Assembly (NCBI GenBank): GCA_030819375.1 | Contig: GCA_030819375.1_4699.1 | Source of the DNA: a phage | Reading direction: 5' to 3' (one strand) | Length of the DNA stretch: 38,456 nucleotides | Shown: positions 16,899-25,129 of the stretch, one piece after another | Position numbering within the stretch: the first letter of the stretch is position 1 | How the letters are laid out: every line of letters starts with the position of its first letter | Translations under genes and position numbers: made by a program | Notes under the pieces: model-generated | What the model was told of the DNA's origin: nothing | The model's database searches: none | What the model saw: only the letters and a program-made list of their open reading frames with translations

Positions 16899-17898
16899 GC
16901 TTCGCAGCTTGTACAAAGACTCCGAGGTACTTGATGCAATCGAGCAAGCTACCGACGAGAAAGGTAATGTTAATTACAATGAGATGGCACGTGTATTATC
17001 GTGTCACCCTGTGGGTAAGAAGATTACCCGCCAGTTGGCTCGATACTGGCATGGTCAATTCAAGAAGACCAAGAAGAATGGTGATTATTACCAGACCCTT
17101 CTGCAAGAAGATAAGCGTATCAAAGAAGAGCGTAAGCTCAGGACTCCTGACCGCTACGAGGATTTGGCTATTGTGCCATTGCCTGACTCGCCTCATCGAA
17201 GTGTACTGGTGATCCCTGATACTCATGCACCTTATGAGCACCCAGATACCCTAGAGTTCCTTGCAGCCGTGGCAGCACGTTACCGTCCAGACACAGTGGT
17301 ACACCTAGGAGATGAGGCAGACAAACATGCCTTGTCATTCCACGATTCGGACCCAAATCTGGATAGTGCTGGCATGGAGTTAGAGAAGGCTCGTATCTTC
17401 ATGCACAAATTGCACAAGATGTTCCCTGTGATGCGCCTGTGTCACTCCAACCACGGCTCTATGCACTTCCGTAAGGCAAGCGCCAAGGGCATCCCTGTGC
17501 AATACCTGCGCACCTACCGTGAAGTTTTCTTCCCGCAGGGAGGTGGCGACCAGTGGGATTGGCAGCATACGCACGTCCTTGAGTTGCCGAATGGTGAACA
17601 AGTGGCATTCAAGCATCAACCTGCTGGCTCTGTCCTAGCAGATGCAGCGCATGAGCGTATGAACCTAGTGTGTGGTCACTTGCACGGTAAGATGTCTGTG
17701 GAGTACGCACGTAATACACATGAACAGTATTGGGCTGTGCAAGGTGGCTGCTTAATTGATGAGTCATCCCGTGCATTTGCCTATGGTCGTGAGTCTAAAT
17801 ACAAGCCAGCATTAGGTTGTGTGGTCATTCTGGAGGGTGTGCCTCACATTGTCCCGATGCAAACCAATAGCGACAACCGTTGGATTGGCAAGATTTAG
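16891..17898 (+). CDS. Calcineurin-like metallophosphoesterase (start uncertain: TTG 16891 preferred over ATG 16867 or track start 16759)
   Basis: Motifs VIPDTHAPY, LGDEADKH, CGHLHG; AGGAGG 6 nt upstream of TTG 16891, which overlaps the endo VII stop. Confidence 0.75.
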   Translation: MGKLRSLYKDSEVLDAIEQATDEKGNVNYNEMARVLSCHPVGKKITRQLARYWHGQFKKTKKNGDYYQTLLQEDKRIKEERKLRTPDRYEDLAIVPLPDSPHRSVLVIPDTHAPYEHPDTLEFLAAVAARYRPDTVVHLGDEADKHALSFHDSDPNLDSAGMELEKARIFMHKLHKMFPVMRLCHSNHGSMHFRKASAKGIPVQYLRTYREVFFPQGGGDQWDWQHTHVLELPNGEQVAFKHQPAGSVLADAAHERMNLVCGHLHGKMSVEYARNTHEQYWAVQGGCLIDESSRAFAYGRESKYKPALGCVVILEGVPHIVPMQTNSDNRWIGKI

Positions 17899-17914
17899 TT
17901 GACACTATAGAACA
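17893..17914 (+). promoter_or_regulatory. Phage-RNAP promoter (ATTTAGTTGACACTATAGAACA)
   Basis: Consensus copy overlapping the upstream stop; +1 G at 17910. Confidence 0.7.
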
Positions 17915-17998
17915 AAGGGCTAGGTAAGACTTTATCGGCTGGCGTATCCAAATGATATTGCACTAGCCCTTGATTGCATAGTGAATGGAGGATTCAAT

Positions 17999-18151
17999 AT
18001 GTCACACTATGAATGTAAGAAGTGTCATAAGCGTTATGATTACTGTACTTGTGGTCAAGAGAAAACATCTTTTAAAGTTGGAGACAAGGTATTTCGTAAT
18101 GAAAAAAGATTCGATTCCTTGGAATCAATACTGCAAAGAAGCTGGTATTGA
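17999..18151 (+). CDS. Small zinc-ribbon-like protein (50 aa; CxxC...CxC)
   Basis: GGAGG 8 nt upstream of ATG 17999; MSHYECKKCHKRYDYCTCGQ...; the track ORF 17985 has no RBS. Confidence 0.4.
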   Translation: MSHYECKKCHKRYDYCTCGQEKTSFKVGDKVFRNEKRFDSLESILQRSWY

Positions 18152-18503
18152 CCCTGATAGCCCTGTAACCATAGATGATATTGATGGCATTAACTTGTGC
18201 TTTCGTGAGGTGAGGGGTACAGGTTGGGATTCCAAAAAATTCAAACTTGCATCTGATAAGTTAGACAACAATATGGTAACTCAGCCTAAGCACTACGAGT
18301 TCTTTGATGGTGTAGAGGCAATCACTATCATTGCCCGCAGTATGACTGAAAAGCAATTCGCTGGGTACTGCATGGGTAATGCCCTTAAGTATCGCCTACG
18401 TGCAGGTAAGAAGTTCAATACTGAAGAAGACTTGAAGAAGGCAGACTATTATAAAGAGTTATTCCAGAAGCATCGTCACGAATGTATTGATGAGGATATT
18501 TGA
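18099..18503 (+). CDS. Conserved phage hypothetical protein (track ORF 17985..18503; ATG 18099 is a plausible start)
   Basis: ORF track frame; motif QPKHYEFFDGVEAITIIARSMTEKQFAGYCMGNALKYRLRAGKK reads like a conserved phage domain of unknown function. Confidence 0.55.
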   Translation: MKKDSIPWNQYCKEAGIDPDSPVTIDDIDGINLCFREVRGTGWDSKKFKLASDKLDNNMVTQPKHYEFFDGVEAITIIARSMTEKQFAGYCMGNALKYRLRAGKKFNTEEDLKKADYYKELFQKHRHECIDEDI

Positions 18504-18504
18504 T

Positions 18505-18672
18505 ATGGAAGTTAAATTGTACAGAGGTTACTTTGGCAACTTGTACAAAGTAAGTCGCAAGGGTTCTATATTAACATCCAATGATGAAGGTGCAACTTTA
18601 AGTGCCTATGGTTCTGACTTAGCGTACTTTAAAGAGGCAATAGTCAAAGGTGTGATGAAGGAGGTGAAATGA
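18505..18672 (+). CDS. Hypothetical protein (55 aa)
   Basis: ATG 18505 immediately follows the upstream stop, GAGGA RBS; track start 18487 is TTG. Confidence 0.5.
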   Translation: MEVKLYRGYFGNLYKVSRKGSILTSNDEGATLSAYGSDLAYFKEAIVKGVMKEVK

Positions 18673-19616
18673 ACATCTTCCAATTCCTAGGCCTTCCAGA
18701 AGATCACCGCAATCACCCATTCATGTTGGTGAAACATCGCGGTGAAGTTCCTGAGAAGAAATTAACCTTTCCATGTTATGCACAGGTGAAACGAGATGGA
18801 ATATTCAGTGCTGTTGTGGTGCGTAATGATGGTGTTGTTGCCATCTTTGGTCGTACTGGTAAGAAGCTCGCAAATGTTGAAGCCTTGGAGAAGGCATTTA
18901 GTGTATTTCCTGTCGGGTTGTATCTTGGTGAGTTGCAATCTATGGCTGTTGATGTTTATCTTGAAGCTCTATCAGGAGTGGTAAACCCTAATCGTACCGA
19001 GCCACTTGATTTCATAGGCCAGCAGATTAAAGACAACCTGTATATCGACTTCTTCGATATGTTAACCATTAAGGCATTCCATGATGGATTCACTGATGTT
19101 TCTTATCTCAAACGTTACGATGCTTTACATCGTCGCATCGGCGCTCATCTTAGCGGGTACAACGCTATCCTTCCTATTACTCCTTGCCATAATGAGCGAG
19201 AGGTTGAAGCGTTTGCACAAGCGCAAATAGATGCAGGCCGAGAGGGTGCTGTGTTTAAACTGGACTGTGATTATGAAGCAGGCCACAAAGGTTATCGTCA
19301 GACTAAAGAAGTCCGTAAGGTAACTTATGACCTTACTTGTATTGGCTTTGAAGAAGGCAAAGGCAAGTACAAAGGTAAGGTAGCTAACCTCATTTTCAAA
19401 TGGAAAGGAGGCAAGACAATCAAAGCTATGCTCGGTAAAGGGTGGACTCATGCAGATGCAGAACAGATGTTCCACGATATCAAACATGGTGGACGATTGA
19501 ATGTCATTGGTAAAATCTTTGAAGTCAAAGGTCTTCAGGATTCAAGCAAGGGCAACATTCGTCTGCCCAAAGCGGGAGAATTAAGACATGACAAAGATGA
19601 ACCAGATTTCTTTTGA
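18669..19616 (+). CDS. ATP-dependent DNA ligase (315 aa)
   Basis: Adenylation motif KRDG (YAQVKRDGIF); GAAGGAGG RBS. Confidence 0.9.
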   Translation: MNIFQFLGLPEDHRNHPFMLVKHRGEVPEKKLTFPCYAQVKRDGIFSAVVVRNDGVVAIFGRTGKKLANVEALEKAFSVFPVGLYLGELQSMAVDVYLEALSGVVNPNRTEPLDFIGQQIKDNLYIDFFDMLTIKAFHDGFTDVSYLKRYDALHRRIGAHLSGYNAILPITPCHNEREVEAFAQAQIDAGREGAVFKLDCDYEAGHKGYRQTKEVRKVTYDLTCIGFEEGKGKYKGKVANLIFKWKGGKTIKAMLGKGWTHADAEQMFHDIKHGGRLNVIGKIFEVKGLQDSSKGNIRLPKAGELRHDKDEPDFF

Positions 19617-19803
19617 TTCCATGAAGGCAACTCGTGCAGTTGAGGTGGCAGAGGCTATCTTTGAAACTCTATCCTGTGGCATGGAAGTGCCATATACTTT
19701 ACTTGCTGATGCAGAAGAACTTGGTCTTTCTGTAGAAGCTATCCAAGAGAAGGTTGACGAATTATATGGTACAGACGAAGAAGAAACCTACGATTTCATT
19801 TGA
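19588..19803 (+). CDS. Hypothetical acidic protein (71 aa)
   Basis: ORF track; GGGAGA RBS; overlaps the ligase 3' end. Confidence 0.5.
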   Translation: MTKMNQISFDSMKATRAVEVAEAIFETLSCGMEVPYTLLADAEELGLSVEAIQEKVDELYGTDEEETYDFI

Positions 19804-19936
19804 AGGAATGGAGATGCTTGAGATGATTCTCAAGCCTTCCTCTCCGAAAGTGACTAAGACTCATGAAGAGTTAATCGTAGATGAAGTGAAGCGTTACATT
19901 ATGGATTGTGTTAGAGCACAACTGGTGGTTCAATGA
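19754..19936 (+). CDS. Hypothetical protein (start uncertain, possibly 19814)
   Basis: ORF track; overlaps both neighbours. Confidence 0.35.
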   Translation: MTNYMVQTKKKPTISFEGMEMLEMILKPSSPKVTKTHEELIVDEVKRYIMDCVRAQLVVQ

Positions 19937-20415
19937 TACGTCCAGCTTCCTTCCTAGATATTCCTGAGATTATTAATCTCGGAGACAAGTATGTAGAAGA
20001 AGAAGTCAAGGTAGTGGCACATCATTCTGCGTCGTGGAATGCGGAACAAAGTGCAGCTAACCTATGTGCCTCTCTAATCAGAGATGATTTATTCCTGTGG
20101 GTTGCTGTAGATGAAGGGCAGATTGTAGGCTTCCTGTGGGCTGGTTATCACGACCTAGCACCTTGGACGCCAGTGCGTGTTGCGTCGGATATTCTCTTCT
20201 ATATTGTACCGGAGAAGCGAGGGACGCTACTTGGTATGCGACTAATCAAAGCCTACAAGCAATGGGCTTTTGAGAAAGGGTGTGCTGAGGTACGCATGTC
20301 CATAGCCTCTGGTATTAATGAGGAACGTGTTGGACGTATGTATAGGCGACTAGGCTTTGAGACGTTCGGCACTGTGTATAACTTAAACTTTAAGGAGATA
20401 ACATGGGTGTCGTGA
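19933..20415 (+). CDS. GNAT-family N-acetyltransferase (160 aa)
   Basis: Acetyl-CoA binding signature ...VPEKRGTLLGMRLI... with typical GNAT spacing. Confidence 0.75.
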   Translation: MIRPASFLDIPEIINLGDKYVEEEVKVVAHHSASWNAEQSAANLCASLIRDDLFLWVAVDEGQIVGFLWAGYHDLAPWTPVRVASDILFYIVPEKRGTLLGMRLIKAYKQWAFEKGCAEVRMSIASGINEERVGRMYRRLGFETFGTVYNLNFKEITWVS

Positions 20416-20612
20416 AGAAGGCATTTAAAGCAATTGGTCTTGCACCTGATACGCCGAAAATTGAGGCAGCGAAAGTGCCAGCACAACAATTAGAACGTCA
20501 ACCTGAGACGGAAGCGGAAGATGTGACGCTGGGTAAGGATGAGGACACCACAACTACTTCTCGTGGTAAGCGTGGTTTAGTTCGCCCTGTAGCATCAAGC
20601 TTAGGAGTATAA
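20403..20612 (+). CDS. Small virion/morphogenesis protein, T7 gp6.7-like (69 aa)
   Basis: Position immediately before portal; composition and ...SRGKRGLVRP resemble T7 gp6.7 (...SGRKGLKVER) as recalled. Confidence 0.5.
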   Translation: MGVVKKAFKAIGLAPDTPKIEAAKVPAQQLERQPETEAEDVTLGKDEDTTTTSRGKRGLVRPVASSLGV

Positions 20613-20616
20613 TATA

Positions 20617-22164
20617 ATGCAAGACACCGACCTTGAGTATGGTGGTAAGCGGTCGAAGATACCTAAGCTCTGGGAGAAGCTATCTACTAAGCGTAACCCT
20701 TTCATAGACAGGGCAAAGCACTATGCTAGGTTGACTTTGCCTTATCTCATGAATGAGGAGGGAGACAACAATACCTCTCAGAATGGGTGGCAAGGTGTAG
20801 GTGCTCAGGCCACTAACCACTTGGCTAACAAGTTAGCGCAAGTTCTCTTCCCGGCTCAACGCTCTTTCTTCCGAGTAGACTTGACAGCAAAAGGGGAGAA
20901 GATATTAAACAACAGAGGTCTTAAGAAGACCAAATTAGCTACGCTGTTTGCTCAAGTAGAGACTGCTGCTATGAAGCAATTAGAGCAGCGGCAGTTCCGC
21001 CCAGCGGTGGTGGAGTGCTTCAAGCATTTGATTGTTGCTGGCAACTGTATGTTGTACAAGCCAAGCAAAGGTGCAATCAGTGCTATACCTATGCATCACT
21101 ATGTAGTGAACAGGGACGCCAATGGTGAACTACTGGACATTATCTTACTACAAGAGAAGGCACTCAAGACATTTGACAACGCAACTCGCATGGCTATTAA
21201 AGTAGGCATGAAAGGTAAGAAGTGTAAGGACAGTGATAATGTAAAACTCTACACACACGCCAAGTATGAGGGTGAAGGTTTTTGGGAATTAAAGCAATCA
21301 GCAGATGATATTCCTATTGGTGAATCTAGCAGAATCAAGGCTGATAAACTCCCATTCATCCCTCTTACTTGGAAGAGGTCGTATGGGGAAGACTGGGGTC
21401 GCCCTCTTGCAGAGGATTATTCTGGGGATTTATTCGTAATCCAATTCCTGTCCGAAGCAGTTGCACGTGGCGCTGCTTTGATGTCCGACATTAAATACCT
21501 GATTCGTCCAGGTGCTCAGACAGATGTAGACCATTTTGTTAACTCGGGAACGGGTGAAGTAATCACTGGCGTGGAAGAGGACATCCATATTGTACAATTA
21601 GGGAAGTATGCAGATCTAACACCAATAAGTGCGGTGCTAGAAGTTTATACCCGCCGTATCGGCGTAGTCTTTATGATGGAAACCATGACGCGACGAGATG
21701 CAGAACGTGTAACTGCTGTAGAGATACAGCGAGATGCTCTTGAGATTGAGCAGAACATGGGTGGCGTGTATTCCCTCTTTGCTAAGACCATGCAGACTCC
21801 CGTGGCTATGTGGGGTTTGCTTGATGCAGGTGACTCTTTCACTAGTGACCTAGTAGACCCTGTTATCATCACAGGCATTGAAGCGTTAGGTCGCATGGCA
21901 GAGTTGGATAAGCTGGCTAACTTTGCTCAGTATATGGCATTACCTATGAGTTGGCCTGAGCCGGTACAGGCAGCAGTAAACTGGCCGGATTATATGGATT
22001 GGGTTCGTGGTCAGATCTCTGCTGAACTTCCATTCTTAAAGTCAGAAGAGCAGATGAAGCAAGAACAAGCACAGATGGCACAAGCACAGCAAGAGCAGAT
22101 GCTTAATGAAGGAGTAGCTAAAGCTGTGCCGGGTGTCATTCAACAAGAACTTAAGGAGGCGTAA
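20617..22164 (+). CDS. Portal (head-tail connector) protein, 515 aa
   Basis: Size and position before scaffold and capsid; AGGAG RBS. Confidence 0.9.
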   Translation: MQDTDLEYGGKRSKIPKLWEKLSTKRNPFIDRAKHYARLTLPYLMNEEGDNNTSQNGWQGVGAQATNHLANKLAQVLFPAQRSFFRVDLTAKGEKILNNRGLKKTKLATLFAQVETAAMKQLEQRQFRPAVVECFKHLIVAGNCMLYKPSKGAISAIPMHHYVVNRDANGELLDIILLQEKALKTFDNATRMAIKVGMKGKKCKDSDNVKLYTHAKYEGEGFWELKQSADDIPIGESSRIKADKLPFIPLTWKRSYGEDWGRPLAEDYSGDLFVIQFLSEAVARGAALMSDIKYLIRPGAQTDVDHFVNSGTGEVITGVEEDIHIVQLGKYADLTPISAVLEVYTRRIGVVFMMETMTRRDAERVTAVEIQRDALEIEQNMGGVYSLFAKTMQTPVAMWGLLDAGDSFTSDLVDPVIITGIEALGRMAELDKLANFAQYMALPMSWPEPVQAAVNWPDYMDWVRGQISAELPFLKSEEQMKQEQAQMAQAQQEQMLNEGVAKAVPGVIQQELKEA

Positions 22165-23063
22165 TGTCTTTTGAAATTATTAATGAACCTGTAAGTCAGT
22201 CTGACGTTACTGAATCTAAGGAGGCTGCTGATGTTACTACTACCGACAACGATTCTACTGTTGATTCTTCTGGCAGCGATGTACAAGCTGACACAGGCAG
22301 TACAGATGTACAAGACACCAGAGGAGAAGATGCTGGAGAAGATGGAGCAGGAGCAGAGGCTGGTGGACAGGATGATAAATCTGAGCCAAATGACACCACA
22401 GATGCGCGGTTCTTCTTCGGTGAACAAGAAGTAGAGATTGAGATTCCTGATGACGTGTCAACTGCCTTGAAAGAGAAAGGTATTGATGCTATGCAGGTTG
22501 CCAAGGAGTTGTATGGCGAAGGTGGTAAATTTGAACTCAAGGAAGAGACAAAGCAGAAGTTGTATGATGCTTTTGGTAAGTTTGCTGTAGACGCCTACCT
22601 GAATGGCCTTAAGGCCTCCAACGAAGCATTCATGCTCAAAGCTGAGACTCAAGCAAAAGAGGCGGAGGCTGCTGATGCTCAGCGCTTCACTGATATTGCA
22701 TCTGAGGTTGGAGGGGAAGAAGGTTGGTCACGCCTTGAAGAGTGGGCGCTTGAAACCCTCTCGGATGAGGAGCTAACCGCGTTTAATGCTGTTATGGCCT
22801 CTGGCAACCAGTACCTGCAACAATATGCTGTTCGTGAACTGGAAGGTCGCCGTAAGCAAGCGCAAGGGGACGATAAGCCGTCTATGATTGAGCCATCAGC
22901 ACCTGCTAAGGCTAATGAGGATAACGGGCCATTAACTCGCGATCAGTATGTACATGCCATTGCAACTCTGAGCCAGAAGTATGGTAATGACCGTAAGGCT
23001 ATGGCAGAAGCTCAGGCGAAACTGGATGCCCGTCGCCGTGCTGGCATGGCTCGCGGTATCTAA
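22164..23063 (+). CDS. Capsid assembly scaffolding protein, 299 aa
   Basis: Highly acidic, coiled-coil-rich protein between portal and capsid; AAGGAGG RBS. Confidence 0.85.
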   Translation: MSFEIINEPVSQSDVTESKEAADVTTTDNDSTVDSSGSDVQADTGSTDVQDTRGEDAGEDGAGAEAGGQDDKSEPNDTTDARFFFGEQEVEIEIPDDVSTALKEKGIDAMQVAKELYGEGGKFELKEETKQKLYDAFGKFAVDAYLNGLKASNEAFMLKAETQAKEAEAADAQRFTDIASEVGGEEGWSRLEEWALETLSDEELTAFNAVMASGNQYLQQYAVRELEGRRKQAQGDDKPSMIEPSAPAKANEDNGPLTRDQYVHAIATLSQKYGNDRKAMAEAQAKLDARRRAGMARGI

Positions 23064-23069
23064 TTCAGT

Positions 23070-23092
23070 ATTTACTGGACACTATAGAAGGG
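23070..23092 (+). promoter_or_regulatory. Phage-RNAP promoter upstream of the capsid gene
   Basis: ATTTACTGGACACTATAGAAGGG; +1 G at 23087. Confidence 0.85.
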
Positions 23093-23142
23093 AGAAAAGT
23101 TCTCCCTAGTTATCAATTTGATTTATAAGGAGATTATAACAC

Positions 23143-24333
23143 ATGTCTACACCGAATACTCTGACTAACGTTGCTGTATCTGCATCCGGTGAGGTTGACA
23201 GTCTTCTCATTGAGAAGTTTAATGGTAAGGTGAATGAGCAGTACCTGAAAGGTGAGAACATTCTGTCTTACTTTGATGTACAAACTGTTACTGGCACTAA
23301 CACAGTGAGCAACAAATATTTGGGCGAAACTGAGTTGCAGGTGCTAGCACCGGGTCAGTCTCCTAATGCCACCGCTACTCAGGCGGATAAAAACCAGTTG
23401 GTAATTGATACCACTGTCATTGCTCGTAACACTGTGGCTCACATCCACGATGTACAAGGTGACATCGATAGCCTGAAACCAAAACTGGCTATGAACCAAG
23501 CCAAGCAACTGAAACGTCTGGAAGACCAGATGGCAATTCAGCAGATGCTGTTAGGCGGTATTGCTAACACCAAGGCCAAACGTGGCAAGCCGCGTGTTAA
23601 AGGGCATGGCTTCTCTATCAACGTTAACGTAACTGAGAGTGAAGCACTGGCTAACCCTCAGTATGTTATGGCTGCGGTAGAGTATGCTCTGGAGCAACAG
23701 CTTGAGCAGGAAGTGGACATCTCTGATGTAGCTATCATGATGCCGTGGAAGTTCTTCAATGCTCTGCGTGATGCAGACCGAATTGTAGATAAGACTTACA
23801 CTATCAGCCAGTCTGGTGCAACCATTAATGGCTTCGTTCTCTCTTCTTATAACTGCCCTGTGATCCCGTCTAACCGGTTCCCTGCCTTCGCTCAGAGTCA
23901 GGCTCACCACCTGTTGTCTAATGAAGATAACGGCTATCGTTATGACCCTATCGCAGAGATGAATGGTGCAGTTGCTGTTCTGTTCACTGCCGACGCACTG
24001 CTGGTGGGTCGTACCATTGAAGTGACTGGTGACATCTTCTATGAGAAGAAAGAGAAGACTTATTACATTGACACCTTCATGGCTGAGGGTGCAATCCCTG
24101 ACCGTTGGGAAGCAGTGTCTGTAGTCACTACTAAGCGTAATGAAGCTACTGGTGCCGCAGGAGGAGGAGGCACAGACCACGCCACTGTTCTGTCCCGTGC
24201 GCAGCGTAAGGCTGTATATGTCAAGACCGCAGGTGCTGCACCAGCAGGTATCCAAGCGGAAGACTTTGTAGCGGCGGTACGTGCTGTAATGGCAAATGGC
24301 ATCAAGTCGACTGCACTGAAATCTACTGAGTAA
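23143..24333 (+). CDS. Major capsid protein, 396 aa
   Basis: Promoter-gene-terminator unit, strong RBS (AAGGAGA), position after scaffold. Confidence 0.95.
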   Translation: MSTPNTLTNVAVSASGEVDSLLIEKFNGKVNEQYLKGENILSYFDVQTVTGTNTVSNKYLGETELQVLAPGQSPNATATQADKNQLVIDTTVIARNTVAHIHDVQGDIDSLKPKLAMNQAKQLKRLEDQMAIQQMLLGGIANTKAKRGKPRVKGHGFSINVNVTESEALANPQYVMAAVEYALEQQLEQEVDISDVAIMMPWKFFNALRDADRIVDKTYTISQSGATINGFVLSSYNCPVIPSNRFPAFAQSQAHHLLSNEDNGYRYDPIAEMNGAVAVLFTADALLVGRTIEVTGDIFYEKKEKTYYIDTFMAEGAIPDRWEAVSVVTTKRNEATGAAGGGGTDHATVLSRAQRKAVYVKTAGAAPAGIQAEDFVAAVRAVMANGIKSTALKSTE

Positions 24334-24341
24334 TAACCTAT

Positions 24342-24375
24342 GCCCTATCTACCTTGCGTAGGTAGGGTTCTTTTG
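24342..24375 (+). terminator. Intrinsic terminator after the capsid gene (T7 Tphi-like position)
   Basis: gccctatctaccttgcgtaggtagggttcttttg: hairpin then TTCTTTTG. Confidence 0.75.
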
Positions 24376-24388
24376 TTTAGGAGGATTC

Positions 24389-25129
24389 ATGCCTTTAATT
24401 CAAAATACAAGTGATGTTGGACGTATCATGGCTGAGGCTTCCTTCAATATCATTGATAGCAAGCTGGAAGCAGTTAACCTGTGTATGCGAGCTATTGGTC
24501 GTGAGGGTGTGGATTCCCTTGACTCTGGCGACTTAGATGCTGAAGATGCTAACAAGATTATTGATATTGTCTCACAACGTTTCCAATACAATAAGGGCGG
24601 TGGTTGGTGGTTTAACAGAGAACCTAACTGGTTACTTAAACCTGACACAAATGGTGAAGTGAACATGCCAAACAATTGCCTTGCTGTTCTCCAATGCTAT
24701 GCTCTGGGTGAACGTAAAGTCCCTATAACTATGCGCGCAGGTAAACTGTACTCTGTTTGGAATCACACTTTCGACATGTCAAAGTATGTGAATCAGGATG
24801 GGCGTATTAGGTTGACTTTGGTAACATTGCTGCCTTTTGAGCATCTACCTGCAAGCGTAATGCAAGCCATTGCCTATCAGGCTGCCGTAGAGTTTATTGT
24901 GTCTAAAGATGCAGATAAGACTAAACTACAAGCACACCAGCAGATTGCAGCACAATTGATGATTGATGTTCAGTCAGAGCAGTCTTCTCAGAAGAGACTT
25001 AATATACTTGTACATAACCCCACTCAGCGCAACTTTGGCATTATGGCAGGTGGCTCTCAGAATGTACCAGCGTTCTCCTATTCACCTTATGGTACTTACC
25101 CTGTAAGGCCGTGGGAGGTTGATAGATAA
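24389..25129 (+). CDS. Tail tubular protein A (gp11-like), 246 aa
   Basis: Position and size; AGGAGG RBS. Confidence 0.8.
   Translation: MPLIQNTSDVGRIMAEASFNIIDSKLEAVNLCMRAIGREGVDSLDSGDLDAEDANKIIDIVSQRFQYNKGGGWWFNREPNWLLKPDTNGEVNMPNNCLAVLQCYALGERKVPITMRAGKLYSVWNHTFDMSKYVNQDGRIRLTLVTLLPFEHLPASVMQAIAYQAAVEFIVSKDADKTKLQAHQQIAAQLMIDVQSEQSSQKRLNILVHNPTQRNFGIMAGGSQNVPAFSYSPYGTYPVRPWEVDR

Noticed and set aside
23551-24305. Minus-strand ORFs (234 and 80 aa) within the capsid gene
   Set aside because: Antisense to the major capsid gene; no RBS or promoter.
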